The notes beneath the pieces were generated by a model. It had not been told where the DNA came from, ran no database searches, and saw only the letters and a program-made list of their open reading frames with translations. DNA of 64,000 nt, from the NCBI RefSeq assembly GCF_964355755.1, contig NC_092670.1:6624201-6688200 (forward strand), in the 5' to 3' direction. Position 1 is the first letter of the stretch. Each line of letters opens with the position of its first letter. The position numbers were made by a program, and so were the translations under genes. Below, piece by piece: positions 52,309 to 63,581 of the stretch. This stretch comes from Antedon mediterranea (lineage: Eukaryota; Animalia; Echinodermata).

Positions 52309-53631
52309 ATGGCTTTTGTACACAATCACTCGTGCGAGTGTTTAAAATCGGAATTGGACTTGTTTTCTGTACCACCGACACAGACTAGTATAACCAAAGG
52401 ACAATGGGTGCAATATCACCCTTTCAACAGCATCACCGACGTGGGCCCCTTGCAATTCAACATACAAGGGTCCAGCGAGGAATACATGGATTTGTCGCAG
52501 ACGATGCTTAATGTTAAACTAAAAATTACTAAACAAGACGGAACCGATCTCCAGCCCGCCGATCCGGTAGGCCCTGCCAATTTACTTTTGCAATCATTGT
52601 TTAGCGAAGTTGACGTTTCTTTGAACGAGAGGTTGATTACCCCTTCGACAAATACTTATTCGTATAGGGCATTAATTGAAACATTACTGACTTATGGATC
52701 CGATGCCAAGAATACACACCTCACGGGTGGGTTGTTTCATAAAGACACGGCAGGTAAAATGGATGTAGCTGACCCTACGCTAGCCGAAAATGCGGTGAAT
52801 AAAGGTCTTAAAAAACGGGCTCAATACATTGGTGGTAGTCGTTTTGTCGACTTGATTGGACCTATTCATTGCGATATATTTTTCCAAGATCGGATGATGC
52901 TCAACGGTGTAGATGTCAAAATTAAACTGCATCGAAGTAAAAACGCATTTAGTCTCATGTCTTCAGATGCCGCGGCCGGTTTTAAGATCCGCCTGGAAGA
53001 CGCGTCCTTGTTTGTTCGCAAGGTCCGCCTGAACCCGTCTATCGCGCTAGCCCACGCAAAAGCTCTGGAACGCGGTCCGGCCAAATACCCGCTGCGTCGC
53101 GTTGAGGTCAAGACATTAACTATACCGCGCGGGAATCTATCGTTTACGAGGGAATCGCTGTACAACGGTAATCTACCGAAACGTCTGGTTGTAGGACTGG
53201 TGACCACCGAAGCATTCAACGGTAGCTACGAGAAGAATCCCTACAATTTTCAACATTTCAACACCAATTTCCTGGCTCTATATATTGACGGTGAGCAAGT
53301 ACCGTGGAAACCGTTAAAACCAACGTTCGAAGACGGAGGCAACTACATGCTGGCGTATCAGAGTCTATTTTCGGGTTCTAACACGTTGTTCCAGGATACC
53401 GGAAATCAGATTTCTAGAGACGATTATCCTAAAGGCTATTCGTTGTTTGCTTTTGACCTGACTCCCGATTTGGCAAATGCCGGACATTTTAATCTAATTC
53501 GGCAAGGAAATATACGTTTAGAAATTCAGTTTTCTACGGCTTTGACCGAGACCATCAACATTTTAGTTTATTCAGAATTTGATTCAATCATAAAAATTGA
53601 CAAGTCTCGTAACGTAATTATAGATTTTTAA
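52309..53631 (+). CDS. Maverick major capsid protein (double jelly-roll, PY)
   Basis: C.KSELDLF.VPPTQ; Y.YRA.IETLL; FNGSY.KNPYNF; FAFDLTPD; intact 440 aa. Confidence 0.93.
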   Translation: MAFVHNHSCECLKSELDLFSVPPTQTSITKGQWVQYHPFNSITDVGPLQFNIQGSSEEYMDLSQTMLNVKLKITKQDGTDLQPADPVGPANLLLQSLFSEVDVSLNERLITPSTNTYSYRALIETLLTYGSDAKNTHLTGGLFHKDTAGKMDVADPTLAENAVNKGLKKRAQYIGGSRFVDLIGPIHCDIFFQDRMMLNGVDVKIKLHRSKNAFSLMSSDAAAGFKIRLEDASLFVRKVRLNPSIALAHAKALERGPAKYPLRRVEVKTLTIPRGNLSFTRESLYNGNLPKRLVVGLVTTEAFNGSYEKNPYNFQHFNTNFLALYIDGEQVPWKPLKPTFEDGGNYMLAYQSLFSGSNTLFQDTGNQISRDDYPKGYSLFAFDLTPDLANAGHFNLIRQGNIRLEIQFSTALTETINILVYSEFDSIIKIDKSRNVIIDF

Positions 53632-53633
53632 TT

Positions 53634-54157
53634 ATGAACACGATACAACTATTGAGGTTAATTAAATCAGATCCGTTGGCTAGTGGATACTTTCGAGGGG
53701 TGTACCCGTCTGACTTGTTACCTTTAGGGCATACGGGATATCCTAGAGCTTACATAGCAAACGTTGAGCCTAGCAATCAAAACGGTTCGCATTGGGTAGC
53801 TTTCTTTTTTAACAACTTAAACAAAGGTGAATTTTTCGATTCTTTTGGGAACCCTCCAAATTACTATAGTAATCATTTTGTTAATTTTCTCGATAACTCT
53901 GTAGAAAGTTGGACATTTAACGATAAAGCGTTACAAGCGCCCTTGTCTACGGTATGCGGACAGTATTGTATTTTTTATATTCTTCATAATGTAGAAGAGT
54001 GGATACGTCCACGATAGTAAATATGTTTGGTAAAGATAAACCATCCAATGATTGGTTCGTCAATGATTTTGTAAAACGTCGATACGATGTTAACTTACCC
54101 GTATACGATAGTGAATATATTAAAGTACAATTTGTCAAAATGTTATTGAATGCGTAG
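53634..54157 (+). CDS. Adenain-like cysteine protease; -1 frameshift near 53987
   Basis: GSHWVA, FFDSFG, LQ....VCGQYC (His/Asp/Cys triad); the corrected frame continues CRR..NDWFV.DFV to TAG 54157. Confidence 0.9.
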
Positions 54158-54301
54158 TAAATAAAAATTGTTTTTTTAAAATGGATATGTTTTGGACGTT
54201 TTATTTATCGAGTGACTACAACAACAAATTCGAGTCTATTTTATTTATTTCCTTTTTATTCTATTCCTTTCCTCATTATAGTACATAAAGATTAATGTTT
54301 T

Positions 54302-55072
54302 TTAAAAATTTAACCATTTAGGTTTAGGTTGTCTAGTTGAACGCCTCTTAGCAAGCGCTCGAAAGGTAAGTTTTTCATCCTCATCATCATCTTCACTGAA
54401 GTCATAGTCCTCCTCATTCTTTCGTTTAGGTAGTGCGTGAGGGGGTGTACCGCTCGATTTAATTCTTTGTAAGGTACGACGTCTTGTAGGATTCCCAATC
54501 AAACTTTCTGGGGTGTTCAATTTCGCCAATACCGTTATAAAATCCCTCCAGCCTATAGGTTCAAATCCTTTCTTTTCTTGTATTATATCTTTTGTCAAAT
54601 CGAGTAAATTACTCCCCTTTACCATTTGTCCTTCGATTAGTAGTTCACCGTATCTTGACCAATCAATTACACCCATCTTCCGGTAACGGTCTAGCCGGTC
54701 CAGAAATGTTTTTGTTTTGGATTTCAACGATGAGGGCATACTTTGTAGTATTTCTTTAGATATAGAGTCCGTATAATCTTCTTTAGATTCTGCGCCATTT
54801 TCGTTTATTTCAACGTTTCCTGTTTGTTGTACGTTCAAGCTCATAGGTGAAGGGTTATTTACGGGTTTCTCTTTATTTAAATATCGTTGAAGTACTTGAT
54901 TGTACATGGTAATTTTATCGTAATCGTGCAAGTCATCCCTTTCGAGTATACCCTTCATAGAATTATCTAACCCAGAAGTGATTGTCTCGTGATTTTTCTC
55001 GTAACGTTTACTGTACAAAGCCGTATTTGCCAGTTCTTGAGGTATCAATATCATTTTCTTGGTATGCTGCAT
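54302..55072 (-). CDS. Conserved-looking Maverick protein of unknown function
   Basis: 256 aa; YNQVLQRYL, IDW...GEL...G..V.GSN..DL, P.GW..F...L...N.P..LIGN, recalled from other Polintons. Confidence 0.75.
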   Translation of the reverse strand: MQHTKKMILIPQELANTALYSKRYEKNHETITSGLDNSMKGILERDDLHDYDKITMYNQVLQRYLNKEKPVNNPSPMSLNVQQTGNVEINENGAESKEDYTDSISKEILQSMPSSLKSKTKTFLDRLDRYRKMGVIDWSRYGELLIEGQMVKGSNLLDLTKDIIQEKKGFEPIGWRDFITVLAKLNTPESLIGNPTRRRTLQRIKSSGTPPHALPKRKNEEDYDFSEDDDEDEKLTFRALAKRRSTRQPKPKWLNF

Positions 55073-55398
55073 TATTTCAATAGTAAACTACCCAATGTTT
55101 GTAGAATCGGTTGTAATATAAGACCGAGGAAGCCGCCCTTTTGAATAAGTAAACGTTTTCTCTTGAGAGGCGAAATGCTTTTATTGGTAATATCACGCAT
55201 GTGTTTCTTGTACCGAACCAACTTCTTCTTGTGAGCGTTGGATACTTGCACTCGACCTTTTAAAACATTCATTGCGCATTCGCACAAAGCCGTCACCAGT
55301 TGATCGTCCGCGTTTTCCAAGATAATTTTTCTTTGACGCGGTGAACAGTGGGCTAGGAAACGAATAGTTTCAGCGTTCTTTTTGATACGTTTCGACAT
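55072..55398 (-). CDS. Small basic Maverick protein with QKGG and a C-terminal amphipathic helix
   Basis: MSKRIKK..LCECAMNVLKG.V..LIQKGGFLGLILQPILQTLGSLLLK. Confidence 0.8.
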   Translation of the reverse strand: MSKRIKKNAETIRFLAHCSPRQRKIILENADDQLVTALCECAMNVLKGRVQVSNAHKKKLVRYKKHMRDITNKSISPLKRKRLLIQKGGFLGLILQPILQTLGSLLLK

Positions 55399-55447
55399 GA
55401 TGTTGGTAAATAGGTAAATGAATAAATAGAACGGTACAGGCTGCGTT

Positions 55448-56083
55448 TTATATTCTAGGCACGTAAACAAAGTGATTGGTTTTTGAAAATATGTTACTTC
55501 TAACCCTCATTTCCTCAGGGGTATTTGCTTTTAGATCGATTAAAAGAAAACCGTACGGTACGCGGGTAGCGTCTTCAAAAGCCTCCTGTAAAAAACGTCC
55601 TTTACCGGGGTACATTTGTTTAGATAGATTAGCTATTTGTGATTTATCCCGAGGGTTTTTAAATAGTATTATGTAGTGAGCGTTTAAAGTAATGGTGCGG
55701 ATTTCTTTAGAACCGTAAAAAAAGTTTTGCATAATGAATATAACCGAAATGTTTCTATGATGCGATCCCTTTGTAAACATGTTTACTACTCTTTTATCGC
55801 GGCTACACTCGGTCATTAAATCATCGATGATTACTAAATGGTTTTTTGACGGTTCCATCGTTTCTATCGAATCCATAGGTATCCCCTCTATAAATTGAAT
55901 GTTGTTAATAGACCCGCTCAGTTTGGTGAAAAGGGGCTGATATTCCCCATAACACCACGTGATGTCATCGAACGGCTTGTCGAAATAATTACTTTCCAAT
56001 AACTGCTTCACGAAATATGATTTTCCCGATGAGGTCGGTCCGCTAATTACGGCGGTGAAGGGGGTTACCAGTACACACGTCAT
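55448..56083 (-). CDS. DNA-packaging ATPase (A32/FtsK-HerA family)
   Basis: Walker A GPTSSGKS; Walker B LVIIDD; GSHHRNISVI.I.QN; NAHY..LFKNPRD. Confidence 0.93.
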   Translation of the reverse strand: MTCVLVTPFTAVISGPTSSGKSYFVKQLLESNYFDKPFDDITWCYGEYQPLFTKLSGSINNIQFIEGIPMDSIETMEPSKNHLVIIDDLMTECSRDKRVVNMFTKGSHHRNISVIFIMQNFFYGSKEIRTITLNAHYIILFKNPRDKSQIANLSKQMYPGKGRFLQEAFEDATRVPYGFLLIDLKANTPEEMRVRSNIFSKTNHFVYVPRI

Positions 56084-56318
56084 CTTCAGTTTCAATGAGT
56101 CATAGCTTTTGTATATCGGTATTTTATAACGAGGGGGGTTCCTTATCCACATCACTCTATTTTAAAAACTGTCAACTAATGAAAGAGAGAGAGAGAGGGC
56201 CGATATTATAAACCAATAGGAGCTTAATAATGATAATTACGTTAACAAATGATTGTATATCAAAACCTAAAAAATCAATTCCAACGTCATTAGCGTCTGT
56301 ATACTAGTAGAGAGAGAA

Positions 56319-56881
56319 ATGGCAGATTTGGAAAAACTGACTTTATCGTACATTGAATATAAATTAACGGGGGTAGTTGTGTGGGACTCCCCAATCCTTT
56401 ATAGTACTATTCGCCTTTGTAACGAGGTGGAGAAAAAGTATGGTTTGATTGCATTGTGTAAAGACATTACTACGGAGACGTTGGATAGTGTGTTGAAAGA
56501 AATGATGATAGACCAAAATATACACGTCGGTAGACTCGTGACAGGAATTTCAGTGTGCGCACGTGTTGCGATACAGTGTGATACTGATTTAGAATTAGAA
56601 ATCGTTAAACGCATATCCTGCGAATTTGTGAAGGAAAAGTTTTCTTTATTGGAACTTTGTAACGACAGTGATTTGGTAAGTAAATTTCTTTTTCTTGTTA
56701 TTCTCATTTTAGTAATTAAGTGTTTTTTTTTTTTACATTATCTTTTATTTATTATTATTATTATTATTATTTATAGGAACTTGTTCTGTGTAGTAAGAAG
56801 CTAGGAATTAACAGAGCATGGTACTTGATCGACTGACTAGTAGGCATTTGTATAGCCTTGCTGGAACAAACTGTTTGGTGA
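56319..56881 (+). CDS. Bcl-2-family-like protein, exons 56319-56675 and 56777-56836 (56881 if the TGA at 56834 is read through)
   Basis: BH4-like LTLSYIEYKL; BH3-like IRLCNEVEKKY; BH1-like VLKEMMIDQNIHVGRLVT; GTAAGT donor at 56676, TATAG acceptor at 56776; AATAAA near 56890. Confidence 0.7.
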
Positions 56882-57109
56882 CATTGGATAAATAAAATAT
56901 TTAAACAAGGAAGAGGAGAGATTACAATATTTATATTGGATAGGATAAAATAAAAATACAGTCAACACTACGCATGTCTTTTGTTGTTGTTGTTGTCGTC
57001 GTCATCGTCGTCGTCTACGTTAAGAAACAGACAAGTATATAATATTATAAACAAGTACGGTGTATACATTTATTTCTCGTAAAACAAAATTATGATAAAG
57101 AAAATAATT

Positions 57110-57520
57110 ATTTACAAAAATAAATTTGAAACGGTAACGATATAAGAATTCAAAAGGAAAAAATATTTAAATTAAAATTACAAAATATATTTACTTTATC
57201 TACAAAAATAGAAACGGTATCGACTTTATAAACTTTATAAACAAAATTGAAAATGTATAAAAAATATTTACATTAAAACTTAAAATATAATTTGCTTAAA
57301 CTACAAAAAAAAAAGGAAACGGTAACGACATAAGAATTCAAATGTAAAAAATATTTAAATTAAAATTACAAAATATATTTACTTAATCTACTAACAGAGA
57401 AACGGTACCGACTTTATAAACAAAATTAAAAGAAAATTTGATTAAAAACATGTATAAAAATATTTACATTAAAACTACAAATATATTTTGCTTAAGCTAC
57501 AAAAAAGAAAACGAATTTAT
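57110..57520. repeat. A-rich ~190-bp degenerate tandem repeats between the convergent Bcl-2-like and PolB 3' ends
   Basis: GAAACGGTAACGA.ATAAGAATTCAAA...TTAAAATTACAAAATATATTTACTT at ~57128 and ~57316. Confidence 0.7.
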
Positions 57521-57636
57521 AAAGGAAATTGAGTGCATGAAATTACATAAAAAGTAACAATTAATTATTTATATATAAAAAAAAAAAAAGTAAGTTATAT
57601 TTTAAAAGAAAAAGAGATGAAATTTATTGCAGTGAT

Positions 57637-60600
57637 TTACCAAACATAACCGTAAGGAACTGTACGATAATTTTCGATAATAATTCTTTTATCGTACACG
57701 ATTCGATAGTCTTTAGTCGATGTTTCGTTGACTATCTTACGTGTTTTTGGCTTGCGCGTTATGCGATTCTTCTCAACTGTCTTAATTGTATTAGGACCAA
57801 TACCTCTTACCATATTGGAGACGGTGACAAAGTTAATTTTCTGAGCGTTTGTAAAATTAAGGGTAAAACCTTTAACTTTACAAACGGTCTTCCCTGTATC
57901 CAATTTATAGGCGTAGTTCTTAGCCCCCCCAGAAACAAAGGACTCGATGTACTTACCGTCTTTAGGGTCGACCTCGGTCGTTAACTGACCCAAGTAGTCG
58001 CCCAGGGGAGGGTCCCAAACCCCGGGTTTTGACACGTAGATTACGCTGTCGGTATCGTAATACAGGACACGTTCCTGTAATTTCTCCAACAGCTCGTATA
58101 ATTTTAAACGCGCTAGCGCAGTGGTAAATGCGGCAATGACAACGTTAACCTTTCGGTTAACTTCAACAAATTGTTCCTCGTCTTCGTATTTTATTTCAGC
58201 CAAATCATCATTAACAAAATTTAGATCATGAACGACTACCCGTGGGTTCGATAAAATATCGTAAACCTCGTTAGGATCTTGCGTATATTTAATTCTCGTG
58301 AGATTTTCACGCTGACCAAATTTACCCCAAAAACTATTTAGCATTAATTTGGCCAGAGATCGAAGCCCAGGATTGTACGCAATGTCGTCATGATTCAAGT
58401 CGATACCTTCTACGGTTCGATAGTCCGAAATATATTTTTGTTTATCTTCGGGCGTTTTACACCATTCAGGCCAACCCGAAGCTTCTTGTTTCAATTTTAA
58501 AAATGTGTTAATGTAAGAGGCAAATAGACCGGACGAGGAAGAATCTGCAGAGTACGCGCTTTTATTTTTAAAGTGCCATACTACGTGAACTTTACGTATC
58601 TCGTACCCAACCTCCACGGCTTTAGCGACCTCGATCGTTGCCCAAGAACCTGTAAATTCTCTATCTGTACCAGAATGATTGCAAGCGGTTTGTTGTTGAG
58701 AATCGACGCATGTTCTACAGAGAGCAAACATTAATTTACCGTTTGATCTATAAGGTAAGACTGGATGGAATAAATTTTTAGGCGCTTCGATAGTACACTT
58801 TATCAAACCGAAATATTCGTTGATATCTGTGGACATGTCTTTGCGATCATCGATTTCAGGATGTCCTACGGGGTAGGTACCGTATTTATTTACATAAGGG
58901 TACAAGGAAGTATAATCGATGTAATTAATTTCTTCACCCGGTTTTACCTTATAGAACAAACAACTGGCATTAGTCCTCCCACCAAAAAACGCGTCTCTTG
59001 GATTCAAAGTTTTCCTAATGAAAGGAACTTTGGAGACGATAGATTTAATGTTAGGGGCCAGCGATTGTTTGATCCGTTTCCATTCGTGTCCCCAAATTTC
59101 GACGTAATCAAAATCTGGAAATTGCTCCTTCAGAAACCGTGTTTTCTTGCTTGTCTTGACAAAGCATTCCAACATGGTTTCGTTAGTGAAGGGGTTAATG
59201 GAATCGGATCTATAACAATCTTGGCACCCGTGGAACAAACAACCCATAAATTCAAAAATAATTTTGTTTTCTAAACATGCGCCGTCGACAAAGTAAGGCC
59301 CAAACATTTTTTCCCCTCCATTTCTCGCATGATGGATAAAGACCCCCCTTTTATGCGACTCGTAGCACAACCATTCCATGCTAGAGTGAGAATGGTTAAC
59401 GGTTGTTAGATACCCTGATGGAGGAAATAAAGCGATGGTGGATGGTTTTAAAAAATTTCTAGAAAAGACGTGATTACACGCCGAGGCAATTGTCATTAAA
59501 TTATTTGAAAAGGGGTCAACGCCTCCGAGTAGAGGGTTTTTCGGCGATGTAGTTACTTTCAAAAAAAGATGCCTAAAAGTAAGACAACACTTTCTGAGAA
59601 TATCCACATCGCTGATGCAATACTCGACGAGTTCTTTTTGGAGATTGAAAATTTGATTAGTTACAATTTTCTGATTATACCATTTAAAGAACGAATCTCG
59701 GCCTGAAGTAGTCATTTTATCGGGGGAATAGGTGGAAGAATCGGGATAAGGACCTACGTAATTTTTATTTTCTAAAGTATTGAAATAATGAGGAAAGTAA
59801 CCTTTTTTTAGCTCGGAGATGCCAAAAGTTTTGGGTAATTTGGATAGAGACATGGGTAGAAATGAAAGGGAATCAATGAATCGGATACTCGTTTCTTTAA
59901 CCTTAATTGAAATAGGTTTACCACCGCGTGCAATCATATCTGGTACAATACAGTTTTTGTATAGGTACTCGAGCACGAAGTAACTATCGTAGCCCTGGAG
60001 GTTGTGAGCGATACACGTAATGTTATGATTATATTTGTATTCGTTAAAAATGTAATTGCAGAAATCTACGCATGCAGTCTCCCCGTGAAAAGTCATTGAT
60101 TTCTCCCCACACACGTCACACTCGGCAGAGTCATTAGCACCATCGATACAATTAAGACAAGTTTTTTGAAGAACGCATAAATTTGGTTTGTGTTCGCCAG
60201 TTTCTTGCGTGCATTCAAAATCAAAAAAGAAATATTTAGCGACAGCCTTTTTTTGGTCCTCCTGATTCTTAAACTTTTTTTCAGCATGTTTAGGGGCTAC
60301 AACCGGTTCCATGTAGCATTGATGATCGTATGAAACGAAAGTCCGACAAATTCTACAAAAACGGTTTTGACAATTGTGATCTTTTTGAATGATCCTATCA
60401 CAAGTTGAACAATTTTTAATTTTGTCACATACTGAAACTTTTTTAGAATCAGGAGATTTTTTATGATTGGTGAAACATTGCTGGTTTTTAAAAAATCTAT
60501 TGCACTCTTTACACTCTACAGTATTATTTACAGATACGTTAATAGAAGGGTCACATTCGTGATGCTTACAGAGTACGCACGTGTATTGACACTTGTGAGA

Positions 60601-62187
60601 ATACTTGTGTATATAACCTGTAAAACATCTATCACAAAAATAAAAAACTTTTAAAAAGCCTGTCATAGTCGTTATAAGATCATAATGATTAGAATGATGG
60701 TAAAGATATATCTGCTTCTTACGATAATCGCCGCTAAAAATTACAGAATTTAAATTGTCTTTAGAAAGGACAATAATTTGATAATTTGGTAATTTGGATT
60801 GCATCTTTTTTAATTCCTCGATGCCGCAAGTTTGCTCCCTAACCCCCGAATCTCTTAGTAAATGAAGGGCGGCTGTTTTTTGCTCACCTTTACCCTGTCT
60901 AACATTATTCCACCTAGTAACGTTATTAATTTTGTCTTCGAGCATAGAAATACCCGTGACAATTGCGCGTGCGCAGCAGATAGTTTCGTTACCATCATTC
61001 TTAATCTTAATTATGCTTTTAGCATTAAGCAGTTTGTCGATACCGTTTCTTCTATAACCCCCACCCCTAGGCATTCTCATATGGAGAACATTAAACTTAA
61101 ATTTTTTATTAATAAATATATCCGTTTTGGACTGAAGGACCTTCATGATGGCTGCAAAAATAACATCAGCTGTCAGATGGGCCCTCCGTCCAAAAGGAAT
61201 AGAGATGGGTGTATCCAACCCCTCAGCTTGAATAACTATCCGAAGCATGTCGTCGACATGCACGTTAATGCAAAGATTATCGACGACATGTTCGAAAATT
61301 CTATACAGAGTGGGAAGGAACACCTCTAAACTTAAATGATCTACATTAAAAAATTTAACCGTAAAATCGCTAATCGTGGCGTTAAAACGCTGGTTAATCC
61401 TATCAGCTAAGCGGTTAATACTACAAAAATGACTCAAATCTACCTCGTCAAGGTTCAATTCATCGCTGTCATTATCGTCAACTTCTTCTTCTTCGGCTAT
61501 CCTTGGTCTTTTCCTGTTGGCTCCTTTCCCGTATTGTACCGGTACAGGCTGAAATAAAAAAGTAAAACGGTAAAAAAATAGAAATAAACGATGTAATACA
61601 GCAACACCAATAGCAAAGAAAATAAAATGATAGTTACCTCAATAACCGAAGACTCCTGAGAATCACTATCCTCAACACATTCCCTCATTTTCAAACATTT
61701 GGTGTGTGCACCAATACCATACTAAAGAAAACAAACAAAAAATAAATAAAATAAATAAATAAATAAATAAAAATTAGAAAGGAAACGCGGTGGTACTGTA
61801 AACGCAGAAGCACATTCGTTTACACATTAGCTACTCTACGAGTTATATACGGTAATGAAAAAAATTATTACGTTAAAAATATAATAAACAAAAAACACTT
61901 ACTTCTACGTGATCAATTATTAAACTTTCCGATAGATCTTGAACAATCTCTATGGCGTTATCACATATATCCGTAAGAGAAAGACTACCGGTTTCAGAAA
62001 TACTTTGACTGACCGGTAAATCAAAGTCCTGGTCTCCAAACACAAAATCCTCTAGTAAACCCACATCTGGGATATTATCGTCAGATAAATTAGCGCGCGA
62101 TAGATTAACTATAGCGTCAACAGCTCTTTGACACTCGATAAATAAACTATCGTTAGAATCAGTTGAGGAAGAAGCGAATTGAGACAT
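57637..62187 (-). CDS. Protein-primed DNA polymerase B, join(62187-61903, 61721-61638, 61548-57637), ~1426 aa
   Basis: Exo motifs DFEC, HNLQGYD, YCISDV; pol motifs DYTSLYP, KLMLNSFWGKFG, YYDTDS; Vsr-like insert EFMGCLFHGC; two phase-0 GT-AG introns supply an ATG. Confidence 0.9.
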
Positions 62188-62295
62188 TGTGAAACTTTGA
62201 AGAAAAAAATCGGTACCGAAACTTTGAAGAATTAGTAAATGAATGATGAACTAAACAAGTAACACACGGTTATTAAAACCTTCCCGCGACGATTA

Positions 62296-62690
62296 CGATT
62301 GGTCAGACATTCTTTAGTAATTAGGAAGCCCCGCCCACAATAGTGACCAATAGCTTAATTAATAACAGTAATAAACCTTCTCGAGACGATTACGCTTGGT
62401 CAGACGTTCTTTAATAATTAGGAAGCTCCGCCCACAATAGTGACCAATAGATTTAGCCTTCACCCGAAAACACTGAGACGGATTAATTAATACTAAACAA
62501 AGGTGATCATTGTAATGGATAAATCGTCAAAATAATAACAATAGTACTCCCCAAACAAAGAATTACCTTCACTAATTAAAAACAAATTACATTATTTTTA
62601 AACCTTCCAATGAACTTTACACTATTATGACTGGTCAGACATTCTTTAATAATTAGGAAACTCCGTCCATAACAGTGACCATTAGAGCTA
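62296..62690 (-). promoter_or_regulatory. Triplicated CCAAT/GC-box module upstream of PolB
   Basis: TGGTCAGAC.TTCTTTA.TAATTAGGAA..CCGCCCACAATAGTGACCAATAG at ~62300 and ~62397, degenerate at ~62632; TCATTC initiator-like motif near 62240. Confidence 0.55.
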
Positions 62691-63098
62691 GCCTTCAACC
62701 GTAAATACGGGGGTCGGTAAACGGATTAATTAATAACAGTTGGGAGAGTTGTTAAGGATTATTCAAGGCCTTGTAGTGGTCAAACAATATATACACGATT
62801 GGAAATTAATTAACAATACCTATTCAAGTAACACTGAAACACTAAATTATAAACAAAATTTGAAATAAAACTACAACAGCTTTTAATCAAAAACCCCTTT
62901 CTCTAACAAAGAATGACCTTTCACTATTTTTTTTTTTTTTTTTTTTTTTTTTAATACAAATTCTTTACTAATTACGAATATAACACAGGCCCAAAACAAA
63001 ACAAAAACCCCGCAAAAAAATAACAAAACTCCTCCCCTTACAAAGAATGACCTTTCACTAATTTTTTAAAATACAAATTCTTTACTAATTACGAATAT

Positions 63099-63371
63099 AA
63101 CACAGGCCAAAACGGAAACCCCGCCAAAATAACAAACCCCCTTCTCTAACAAAGAATGACCTTTCGCTAATTAATATTACAATAACAGGAAATTAAACAA
63201 TAGAAAATATAATATATACCCTAGGGATATGACATTCCTTTCGGGTCTGGTACAAAGAGTGACCTTTCACTAATTATTATTACAATACCTGGAAATTAAA
63301 CAATAGAAATATGAAATATGCCCTGGGGGGTATGACATTCCATTCGGGTCTGAAGTCCTACATATACTACT
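63099..63371 (-). repeat. Maverick right TIR
   Basis: Inverted match to the left TIR; further subrepeat copies extend inward to ~62880. Confidence 0.9.
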
Positions 63372-63395
63372 TATATATATATATATATATATATA

Positions 63396-63581
63396 TGACG
63401 TTATCCAAATTCCTTCACTTGCACTGATGAAGGGCTAGTGTTGCCCGAAAGCTCTGCTAACTTTTCTGGCTGTTTACTTTATCGTTTTGATTTAGCTTTT
63501 CGCTTTTATTTTTGTATCTCCATTGAGATCCAGCCACTGATACCCACAGCATTGTCATTTATTTCAGTAATTTGCCTTTGG

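Larger units (their letters stand above)
47572..63371. mobile_element. Complete Maverick/Polinton (adintovirus-like), 15.8 kb
   Basis: Termini AGTAGT...ACTACT; TSD TATATA (47566-47571 / 63372-63377); TIRs; pPolB, INT, ATPase, protease, MCP and mCP genes. Confidence 0.96.

Noticed and set aside
56676-56804. Very hydrophobic C-terminus of the 161-aa ORF as a TM anchor
   Set aside because: It is translated T-rich intron and (ATT)n between clear donor and acceptor sites.
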